Source: Syntrophales bacterium (lineage in GTDB: Bacteria; Desulfobacterota; Desulfobaccia; Desulfobaccales; 0-14-0-80-60-11). From it: a DNA stretch of 39,127 nucleotides. Shown one piece after another: positions 15,684 through 23,800 of the stretch (the stretch's first letter is position 1; each line of letters starts with the position of its first letter). The notes under the pieces are model-generated. The model saw only the letters and a program-made list of their open reading frames with translations, made no database searches and had not been told where the DNA came from. A program made the position numbers and the translations under genes. The stretch covers positions 1-39,127 of the forward strand of contig JAQTXE010000003.1 in assembly GCA_028688935.1 (NCBI GenBank), in the 5' to 3' direction.

Positions 15684-15996
15684 ACACGACCTCTTTGGTC
15701 GTCAAAATTTCATAACGCCTGAAAGGATTGCGGATTAGCCTCTTCTCCACCAGATCAACCTTCCGGTTAAATATCTTCTCAATCTCCTCCTGCATCTCTA
15801 GATGATCGTCTATAGTGAAGTCTTCATCCGGTTCGAAGGTCACCAGCACATCCACGTCACTGTCAGGACGAAAATCTTCTCTCAAAACTGACCCGAACAG
15901 GGCAAATTCCTTAATCTTCCACTTGCGGCAAAAGGCTTCTATCTTGTCCAAGGGAATTTCAAAGTTTGCTTTGGTTTTAATAACGGAGCGATCCAT
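15667..15996 (-). CDS. MNT-type nucleotidyltransferase (MntA-like antitoxin family)
   Basis: Has the FGSVLREDFRPDSDVDVLV motif (GS-x9-13-DxD). At 109 aa it is the typical size of the minimal nucleotidyltransferase of HEPN/MNT modules. Confidence 0.85.
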   Translation of the reverse strand: MDRSVIKTKANFEIPLDKIEAFCRKWKIKEFALFGSVLREDFRPDSDVDVLVTFEPDEDFTIDDHLEMQEEIEKIFNRKVDLVEKRLIRNPFRRYEILTTKEVVYAAVQ

Positions 15997-16011
15997 AGAA
16001 TTTTTAAAAGC

Positions 16012-17175
16012 TTAAGGATTGATCGTCGTCTGATACGCAAACTTCCCCTGATCCACCTTGATCACCACCACGCCCTTGAGGGGATTGTGGTCCGGGCCCA
16101 TGGTGATTTTGCCGGTGACCCCGGGAAAATCCTTGATCGCGGCCAGGGCGGCCGCGACTTCGGGTCCGTCTGTTGTTCCCGCTGTTTTCATGGCCTGGAG
16201 CAGCAGGAAATAGGCGTCCGCGGCCAGGGCCGAAAACGCGTCCAGGTCCTTGTGATACGCGGCCTCGAAGGCCTTCAAGTATTTCTTCCCCAGGGGTGTG
16301 ACCGCGCCCTGGCGGTGGAAGTGGGCGGTGAAATACATGCCCTCTACCGCCTTACCGCCGATGCTCAACAGTTCCGGCACCTGGGCCCCGTCCCCGGTGA
16401 GGATGGGGGCCTTCACCCCCAGGTCCTGGAGCTGCTTGGCCAATAGGGCGTTTTCGGCGTAATAATTGGGGGCATAGATCAGGTCCGGGTTTTTGGCCTT
16501 GAGTGCTGAAATCTGGGCGGAAAAATCCTGGTCCCCGGTCTGGATATAGCTCACCGCCACGATTTCACCCCCCCGGCGCTTAAACTCCTTTTGGAAGTAA
16601 TTGGCCAGGCCCACGCAGTAATCCTGGGCCTGGTCGATGAGAACCGCGGCCTTTTTGGCCTTCAGGTTCTCCCAGGCGAAGCGGGCGGCCACCCGGCCCT
16701 GGAGATCGTCCACAAAACAGGCCCGGAAGGCGTATTTACGGTTCTGGGTGACCAGGGGGTTGGTGGCCGTGGGCGCGATGTTGGGAACTTTGGCCCGCTC
16801 GGCGATGGGCACCCCGGCCAGGCTGTCGGAGCTGATGACCTCGCCGATGATGGCCGCCACCTGGTCCTTTTCGATGAGGCGGCTCACCGCGTTGGCGGCT
16901 TCGATCTTGTCGCTCTTGGTGTCCACCAGATACAGCTTTACCGGCTGCCCCAGGAACTTAGGCTGGAGCCGGTGGGCCACCTGCACCCCTTCCCAGACCA
17001 TCTGGCCCATGGCTGCGGCCGCGCCGGTCATGGGCAGGTAGAGGCCGATCTTGATCTCCCCGGCTGCCAGGGCCATGGAAGGACACACCCCCAAAAGCAG
17101 CCAGATGAAAATTAAGCCGATAAGTTTCCGCAAATGCTGACCCCAGCAGGGAATTAAGCGGGGTTTCTGGACCAA
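16012..17175 (-). CDS. ABC transporter substrate-binding protein, LivK/branched-chain amino acid type
   Basis: Has a signal peptide followed by IKIGLYLPMTGAAAAMG, and a type I periplasmic binding fold pattern. The true start may be the internal TTG near 17133 (MRKLIGLIF...). Confidence 0.85.
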   Translation of the reverse strand: MVQKPRLIPCWGQHLRKLIGLIFIWLLLGVCPSMALAAGEIKIGLYLPMTGAAAAMGQMVWEGVQVAHRLQPKFLGQPVKLYLVDTKSDKIEAANAVSRLIEKDQVAAIIGEVISSDSLAGVPIAERAKVPNIAPTATNPLVTQNRKYAFRACFVDDLQGRVAARFAWENLKAKKAAVLIDQAQDYCVGLANYFQKEFKRRGGEIVAVSYIQTGDQDFSAQISALKAKNPDLIYAPNYYAENALLAKQLQDLGVKAPILTGDGAQVPELLSIGGKAVEGMYFTAHFHRQGAVTPLGKKYLKAFEAAYHKDLDAFSALAADAYFLLLQAMKTAGTTDGPEVAAALAAIKDFPGVTGKITMGPDHNPLKGVVVIKVDQGKFAYQTTINP

Positions 17176-17187
17176 CCCGGAAAAGTC

Positions 17188-17217
17188 TTGTCACCTTCCC
17201 CCTAACACGCCTATAAT
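17188..17217 (+). promoter_or_regulatory. sigma70-type promoter for the 17275 gene
   Basis: TTGTCA (17188-17193), an 18-nt spacer, then TATAAT (17212-17217). Confidence 0.45.
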
Positions 17218-17274
17218 ACCACAAAAATCAGGGATCGGAAAGGTTTTCCGGTCAGGGATGCAAGGGAGAAAAAT

Positions 17275-17757
17275 ATGGAACTCCTGGTGGAAAAATTAGA
17301 GATTCCCGAGGGGGCCAACCTCATTCTGGGGCAGAGCCATTTTATCAAGACCGTGGAGGACCTCTATGAGATCATGGTGGCCTCGGTGCCGGGCATCAAG
17401 TTCGGCCTGGCCTTTTCGGAGTCCTCGGGAGATTGCCTCATCCGGGTGGAGGGCAACGACCCGGAACTGATGATCGCCGCGGCGGAAAACGCCCGCCGTC
17501 TGGCCGCGGGCCACACCTTCAACATCCTGCTCAAAGACGCCTTTCCCATCAATGTCTTGAACGCCATTAAACTTTGCCCGGAGGTCTGCCGCATCTTCTG
17601 CGCCACCGCCAACCCGGTGGAGGCGATCCTGGCCCAGACCGGCCAGGGCCGGGGTATCCTGGGGGTAGTGGACGGCCTCTCCCCCAAGGGCGTGGAAGAA
17701 GACCCGGGCCGCACCTGGCGCCGGGACATCCTGCGGCAGTTTGGGTATAAGAAGTGA
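17275..17757 (+). CDS. adenosine-specific kinase family protein (formerly DUF355)
   Basis: The ~160-aa size and the conserved strings GQSHFIKTVEDL, GIKFGLAF, PINVLNAIK and CATANPV match that family as I remember it. Confidence 0.7.
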   Translation: MELLVEKLEIPEGANLILGQSHFIKTVEDLYEIMVASVPGIKFGLAFSESSGDCLIRVEGNDPELMIAAAENARRLAAGHTFNILLKDAFPINVLNAIKLCPEVCRIFCATANPVEAILAQTGQGRGILGVVDGLSPKGVEEDPGRTWRRDILRQFGYKK

Positions 17758-17763
17758 GCGGTG

Positions 17764-17833
17764 GGCAGTAGCCAGTAGCCAGTAGCCAGTAGCCAGTGGT
17801 CAATAGCAGCTAGTCTGTAATCTGTAATCGCTG
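17764..17833. repeat. ~70-nt tract with 7-nt periodicity (GCCAGTA x4, then degenerate units, then TCTGTAA x2)
   Basis: Parses as gcagta|gccagta|gccagta|gccagta|gccagtg|gtcaata|gcagcta|gtctgta|atctgta|atcgctg. Confidence 0.85.
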
Positions 17834-17862
17834 AATGGAAAGAATTTTGGCAGAATTCGCTT

Positions 17863-17893
17863 TTACTGATCACTGATCACTGATCACTAATTA
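17863..17893. repeat. heptamer array CACTGAT (3-4 units) carrying three phased TGATCA/GATC sites
   Basis: Parses as tactgat|cactgat|cactgat|cactaat|tac. Confidence 0.85.
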
Positions 17894-17926
17894 CTTTAAG
17901 CTGCCCCTGCACAATACGGAGATAAA

Positions 17927-18871
17927 GTGAAAGTAGCCATCCTGGCGGCGGGCTTAGGCACCCGGCTCCGCCCCCTCACGGACCTGGTGCCCAAGACCCT
18001 GATGCCCGTCCTGAACCGGCCTTTGATAGGGGTGCTTTTAGCCCAGGTGGAGGAGGCCGGGTTTCTCCAGGTGGCGGTGAACACCCACCATCTGGCGGAG
18101 CAGGTGCAGCAGTTTTTGGTATCCAGACCCTGGAGCTTCAACCTGAGTATCAGCCCGGAGCCGGAGCTGCTGGGCACCGGCGGCGGCTTAAGGCAACTGG
18201 GGGAGATTCTTAGGGCCGAGGCTTTTTTGGCCATCAACGGCGACATCCTCACCGGCCTGGACCTGGGGGCCATCCGCCGCAGTCACCGGCAGGAGGCTGC
18301 CACCACCCTGGTGCTCCATGATTGTCCACCGTTTAATAACGTCTGGGTAGATGGAGCGGGGAAATTGGCGGGCGTCGGGGAGCGGCCGGCCGCGGCTCAG
18401 GGGCCGCCCCTGGCTTATACCGGGGTCCAGGTGGTGGGAAGAAAAATTTTAGAATATATCCCCCCCGGTGGTCCTTATGACCTGGTGGCCGCCTGGCGCC
18501 AGGCCCTGGAGGCAGGGGAGACCATCGACACCACGGTTATGGCCGGGCATTTCTGGCAAGACCTGGGCACCCCCGAGGCATATCTTACGGCCCACCAGCG
18601 GCTGCTCCAGGGGGAGGCCCCGGAATTGGCCCGCTATTTCGGGCCTCTGGCCGATCCTTTGATTGGCCCCGGCAGCTACATTGAACCGGGCGTAAAATTC
18701 GGCGGCGGCGTCTCTCTGGGGGCCATGGTCCGCATCGGCGCGGGGGCCTATTTACGACGCACGGTGGTTTGGGATGGGGCTGCCATCGACCCGGGGGTGG
18801 AGTTGCAAGATTGCATCGTTGCTTCCGGGGTAAGGGTAGGGGCCTCGGCCCGGGGCCAGGTGCTGGCGTGA
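17927..18871 (+). CDS. sugar-1-phosphate nucleotidyltransferase with C-terminal left-handed beta-helix (MurU/GlmU-like NTP transferase)
   Basis: Has the ILAAGLGTRLRPLT motif. The C-terminal hexapeptide-like repeats read IGPGSYIEPGVKFGGGVSLGAMVRIGAGAYL. The start is GTG after GGAG. Confidence 0.8.
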   Translation: MKVAILAAGLGTRLRPLTDLVPKTLMPVLNRPLIGVLLAQVEEAGFLQVAVNTHHLAEQVQQFLVSRPWSFNLSISPEPELLGTGGGLRQLGEILRAEAFLAINGDILTGLDLGAIRRSHRQEAATTLVLHDCPPFNNVWVDGAGKLAGVGERPAAAQGPPLAYTGVQVVGRKILEYIPPGGPYDLVAAWRQALEAGETIDTTVMAGHFWQDLGTPEAYLTAHQRLLQGEAPELARYFGPLADPLIGPGSYIEPGVKFGGGVSLGAMVRIGAGAYLRRTVVWDGAAIDPGVELQDCIVASGVRVGASARGQVLA

Positions 18872-18947
18872 AAGTGGGAAAATAGATATTGGCCAAGAAT
18901 CCTCACTTTGTTTAGAGCGACAAAAGATCCGCCGGAGGAGGAGTCAG

Positions 18948-19238
18948 ATGATCACCCACATCGTCTTGTTCAAGTTGAAGGACCGCAGTCCGGGAAACCT
19001 CGAGAAGACCAGGGAAGTGCTGGCTTCCATGTCCGGGAAGATTCCCCAGTTGCGCCATTTGGAAGTGGGAGTGGACCTCTTGCGCACCGACCGGTCCTTT
19101 GATCTGGCCCTGGTGGCTAAGTTTGACAGCCTGGAGGACTTGAACGCCTATCAGGTCCACCATGAGCATCAACAAGTGATCAAATATATGCTGACGGTCA
19201 GGGAGTCGGCGGTGGCCGTGGATTACGAGGGGAGCTAG
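18948..19238 (+). CDS. Dabb (stress-responsive alpha/beta-barrel) family protein
   Basis: The ITHIVLFKLK start, the ~96-aa size, and H..H in the C-terminal half fit the family. A strong SD GGAGGAGGAG precedes it. Confidence 0.85.
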   Translation: MITHIVLFKLKDRSPGNLEKTREVLASMSGKIPQLRHLEVGVDLLRTDRSFDLALVAKFDSLEDLNAYQVHHEHQQVIKYMLTVRESAVAVDYEGS

Positions 19239-19293
19239 AGTTAACTAGCCTGATTCCCCAGCTCCCTCTCTCAATCTATGAGGAGAAAACGCC

Positions 19294-20304
19294 ATGCCCG
19301 AGTTCATCATCACCAAGCGCCTGGAAGATGCGGCCGCGGCCCAGGGGGTGGCTCTGGCCGGGGCCCAGCCCCTGGCCGGGGACGGCTCGGACCGCCGCTT
19401 TTTCCGGCTGCCGGGTTCCCCCACCAAGTTTCTCCTCTGGTACCCTTATGCCCCCGGCGGCGAGGTCAATGAAAACGATTCCTATTACCGCATCGGCCGC
19501 CACTTGCGGGCTCAAGGCGCCCCGGTGCCGGAAATCTTCCATTACTGCCCGGAAGAGGGTTGGCTGTTGCTGGAGGACCTGGGTGATATCCACCTGGAGT
19601 CGGCCGTAAAAGGCCGGGCCGGAGAGGCGCAAATACCCTTCCGCTACCGGGAGGCCCTGGATCTCCTGGTTAAGATGCAGGTGGAGGGCGTTCAGGGTTT
19701 TGATACCTCCTGGTGCTTTGACACCCCGGTGGTGGACGGGCCGTTTTTGCGGGAGCGGGAGTGCCTCTACTTTGTCCTGGCTTTTCTCCAGGGCTACCAG
19801 GGTCTGCAGTTGGCGGCCGCGGATCTGTACGCGGATTTTGACCGTCTCACTAAGGCCGCGGTTGCCTTAGGGGAGCGTTATTTCTTGCATCGGGATTTCC
19901 AGTCCCGGAATCTGATGATCAAAGACGGGCGTTTGCGGGTCATCGATTTTCAGGGAGCCCGGCTGGGACCCTTGGGCTATGACGTGGCCGCCTTGCTCAT
20001 CGACCCTTACGTGTCCTTAAGCCCTGCGCGGCAGGAAGAATTTTTGGCCTATTATCTTCAGGAATTGAAAGAGCGGGTGGCGGTGGAAGAGGAAGCCTGG
20101 CGCCAACAGTACTCCTACCTGGCCCTCAGCCGCAACCTGCAAATTCTGGGGGCCTTCGGTTTTCTGACCCGGGCCAAGAAGAAAGCCCATTTTGCCCGGT
20201 ATATTCCTGCTGCGTTACGGGAACTAAAGCGGCGGTTGGCGGAAAAGGCGGGGGAATTTCCCCGGTTGGCAGAGGTGGTGCTGAGCTTACCTCCAGGCTC
20301 TTGA
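19294..20304 (+). CDS. aminoglycoside-phosphotransferase-fold kinase (AmgK-like anomeric sugar kinase candidate)
   Basis: Has the catalytic loop HRDFQSRNLM and VIDFQGA (DFG-like). Its linkage to an NTP-transferase matches the AmgK/MurU recycling pair. Confidence 0.75.
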   Translation: MPEFIITKRLEDAAAAQGVALAGAQPLAGDGSDRRFFRLPGSPTKFLLWYPYAPGGEVNENDSYYRIGRHLRAQGAPVPEIFHYCPEEGWLLLEDLGDIHLESAVKGRAGEAQIPFRYREALDLLVKMQVEGVQGFDTSWCFDTPVVDGPFLRERECLYFVLAFLQGYQGLQLAAADLYADFDRLTKAAVALGERYFLHRDFQSRNLMIKDGRLRVIDFQGARLGPLGYDVAALLIDPYVSLSPARQEEFLAYYLQELKERVAVEEEAWRQQYSYLALSRNLQILGAFGFLTRAKKKAHFARYIPAALRELKRRLAEKAGEFPRLAEVVLSLPPGS

Positions 20305-20309
20305 AGTAC

Positions 20310-20570
20310 TCAAGAATAAACCTCCTTCCGGTGGCCGACCTTCACCACACAAACGATCAAGTCCCGATCCCGGATGGCATAGAGGATGCGGTAACGTCCT
20401 TGTCTCAGCCGGTACTTGTCCTGTCCGGTAAGTTTTTCGCAGCCATGGGGACGAGGGTTCTGGGCCAGTTTGCTGATGCGCTCAATAATCTTTTGGCGGT
20501 CTTTTTTTAATGGAATAGCCTCGATTTCTTTGACCGCTGAGGGCTTGATCAGTATCCTATAATTTGCCAC
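20310..20570 (-). CDS. type II toxin, RelE/ParE family
   Basis: At 86 aa, it shows the pattern ...KL.G....YRLR.G.YRILY.I.D....V.VV.VGHRKEVY. Confidence 0.85.
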   Translation of the reverse strand: MANYRILIKPSAVKEIEAIPLKKDRQKIIERISKLAQNPRPHGCEKLTGQDKYRLRQGRYRILYAIRDRDLIVCVVKVGHRKEVYS

Positions 20571-20790
20571 GTTGCTTTAGATCTTTCAGCACTTCTGCAA
20601 AAGGCAGGGAAGGTTCGCTTTCCCGTTCGTCAAACGCGGCCAGATCCTCTGCATCTTCAGCCAGACTCAGCTTCACGGCCTCGTTCACCAGTGCGGAGAT
20701 GGACTGATCCGTTTCTGCGGCTTTGATCCGCAAGGCCCGGTGCAGGTCCTGATCCAAATAAATGGTGGCTCTTTTCTGGGAAGGATTCAT
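20557..20790 (-). CDS. ribbon-helix-helix antitoxin
   Basis: Has an RHH N-terminus (ATIYLDQDLHRALRIKAAETDQSISALVNEAV) and an acidic C-terminal tail. It overlaps the toxin gene by 14 nt. Confidence 0.75.
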   Translation of the reverse strand: MNPSQKRATIYLDQDLHRALRIKAAETDQSISALVNEAVKLSLAEDAEDLAAFDERESEPSLPFAEVLKDLKQRGKL

Positions 20791-20847
20791 ATCGGTAGTT
20801 TAACGTCGTAACGTTAAGACGTCAAGACTGTCTGTGGGTGGGAAAAA

Positions 20848-23800
20848 TCAAAAATCCAGATTAAAGAGCACATCCCCCCCGGAATTGCGCTCGCCCATCT
20901 GGGATTCCAAGCTGAGGTATTTATTCACCTTGTACTCCAGGCGCACCTGGTTGGAGTCGTCCCGGTACAGGGGGCTGGTCTTGCGTTCGAAGGTCACCGT
21001 GATGTCCTTGGTCAGGGGTTTGGCAATGCCCACGGTCTGCCGGCCTTCGGATTGGCCGCCTTTCATCCGGACGTTACCCACCAGGGGAAAATCCTTGCCC
21101 AAAAATTCCTGGATTTTCTGGGCGGAGATGCCCCCCAAAATACCTAGGGCCTGTTGGCCCACGGTTTGATATTCTTCCCGGGTCAGAGATTGGGCCGGGC
21201 GGCCGAAGACCAGGTAAGCCAGCAGATCGGAGGGCGGCAGAGGCGGGATGCTCTCCATCCGCACCTGGGGCTTGCCGGCGGGGCCGGAAGCATTCAGGAT
21301 TAAGGTGAGTCCGGAGATCTCGTGGATCGCCCGGCCTTCCAGGGTTACCTCGGCATGGGGCTTGCCCGGGAAGCGAATTTCACCCCGTTCGATCTTAAAG
21401 GGACGTCCGTGGAGTTCGTAGGTCCCCCCCCGGGACCGGAGCACTCCGGAGACGTAACAGGGTTCCCCCGGTTTTTTCCGGGCCTTGAGGGTCCCGGCCA
21501 AGATCATATTCAGGCGTTTGTCTCTGATCCGGGCGCCTTCGGGTGACTCCAGGGTGATGTCCATCTCCAGGTTTTGCCACACAGCCATCTCCCCGTTGGT
21601 CTCAGTCTTGGCTAAGGGCGGCGGCGCCTTCTTCAGAACAATGTCCTCATGAATCCCGGTCTGGAAAAAGCTGGGGCGGAAAAAGGCCTTGGAGACCAGC
21701 AGCCGTCCTTTGAGGAGGGGGGCGGACCAAAGACCGCGCAGAGAGACATTGCCGCTGGCGCTGGCCTCGGCGCCGCCCCGGTCCAGGGCTTGAAAATCCT
21801 GGAGATTAGCCCGGATATCCAGATGGTGGGGCCGGAAGCCGGCCAGGGTGACGGCGCCGCGGAGGTGGGCCATACCCCCGCTTTCCAGGGCGAGATCCGG
21901 AATAACTATCTTTTCTCCCAGTAAAGTGGCCTCACCCGGTAGGAGGTGAAAAGCCTTGCCGGCCGTGCGGAACTGCAACTTGCCCTCGCCCCAGCGAACC
22001 TTGCCGGAGACCCGGGGATGACGCGGGTTCCCTTGCCATTGGGCCATAATGGACAAAGAACCTTCAGCTCCATGCACCTCCGGAGATAAGGCGGTGAGCA
22101 GGGCCAGACTGGCGTTTTCGCCCTGGACCCTTAAGTTTAAATCCCGCTCCCCCCAATCCCATTTCAGGGGGCTGAAGGAGAGCTTTAAGGGGATCTGGCC
22201 GTCCCACACGAGGCGGGGACCTTTGGCTTTTTCTTCCACGCTGCCCTTGAGGAGCAGGTTGTCTTCCCGGTAATTTACAGAGGTCTCCAAGGCGCGGAAG
22301 GAAAAGTCCCCCCATTTTCCCGGCCCCCAGGTGAGCTGGCCGTGCATGGCGGGATGTTCCAGACTGCCGCTGAGGTCGAGGTGGCCTTGGACCTTTCCTG
22401 CCAGCGAGGCCCCTTTCAGGTGAATTAGGCTTGCGGGCAGGTCCACGGCCTCCAACCGGGCGGTCAGCTCCCGGCCCCGGGTTTGGGCCTTAAGGGTCAG
22501 GCGGCCGTCGTTGACGCGCCAGGCGGCCGGGGGTATTTCCAAACCCGGCTGGAAACGGACCTGGATGGGGCCGGTGTTATCCGCAGTAACCTTGGGTGAG
22601 GTGAAGCGGCAGCGCGACAGATTCAGCACCCGGGGCCGGGCTTGCAGATCGGTAGTGCCCCGGACTTCGGCCTTGAGGCCCTTGGCTGAGGAGGAGTCGA
22701 AGCTAAGCTGCCATCTGCCCCCTTCTCCCTGGCCGAGGAACGCGGCCTGGGAAAAGACCCCGGCGGGGGTCTTAAGGCCCGTACCCTTGATTTCCACCCG
22801 TCCTCCGGGCGGGGGCCAGCCGGTGCCGGAGGCCTGGAGGCTAACCTTGGCCAGGGCGAAATCCCGCCAGGAAAGCCCCTGCCCCTGGGCCTTGAGGGTG
22901 AAGCGGGGGGAGGCAATGGGGCCTTTGACCGTGCCTTCGCCAATCAGCCGTCCCCGGAGATTAGCAGGGACTAGAGGCCAGGTGCCGTCCAGGGTCAGCT
23001 TGACCCGGCCTTGCAGGTCCACCTCCCGGGGGGCCAGCGCGCCTTTGAGGTCGGCGTTAAGCGACCCCAACTGCCCCTGGGCCCGGGCAATCTCCACTTT
23101 CGGGCCGTTTAAGGTGAGGCGGACCTTGAGGTCCTTCAGGGGTTGATCCCCCCAATTCCCCCGGGCTTCCAGGTCGCCGGACAAGTGGGACGGCAGGCGG
23201 AAATTCCCGGTGAATTTGCCGCTAAGCCGGGTGCCGCCAGCCACCGGTAAGTCACAAATACCGGGTTGGCAGCCTTCGGCCTGGATTTTCACCTGCCCTG
23301 AAAGTGAGGTTAGCAGAGGGCCGGTGGCGTCAGCCTTGAGTTCTCCGAAGTTTCCCTTAAGAAGGCCTTGGAGATGTTGTCCCCGGCCGTTGGCGGTCAG
23401 ATTGAGGCGCAACTGCTCCACTTTGGCCCGCCGGTAGCTGAAAGGCCGGCTTTGCAAGGTGCACTCCAGGTTTTTAGGGGGCCAGGAGAGTCCGCCACCC
23501 TTAAATTTCAGTTGCACCGTCAGGGGAGGCAGGTCGTTCAGGCGGCGAGCCCAAGGTTCATCGCCCCTGGCCCAGGACCAGGGCTTAAAGCCGCTTAGTT
23601 CCAGCCCCAGGTCATAGCCCCATTCTCCGGCCTGGCGCCCCACCTGCCCTTGCAAGGAATACTTTCCCTGGGGGAGGGGACCTTCCCCGCTGATTTGCAT
23701 CCGGGAGGGCGTACCGGTGAGTTGAAATTTGCCCCCCAGGTCCCAGGCCCCGGGCCAGGGCTGACAGAGCCGCTGCATCTCTTTACCGGGAAGGGGCCCC

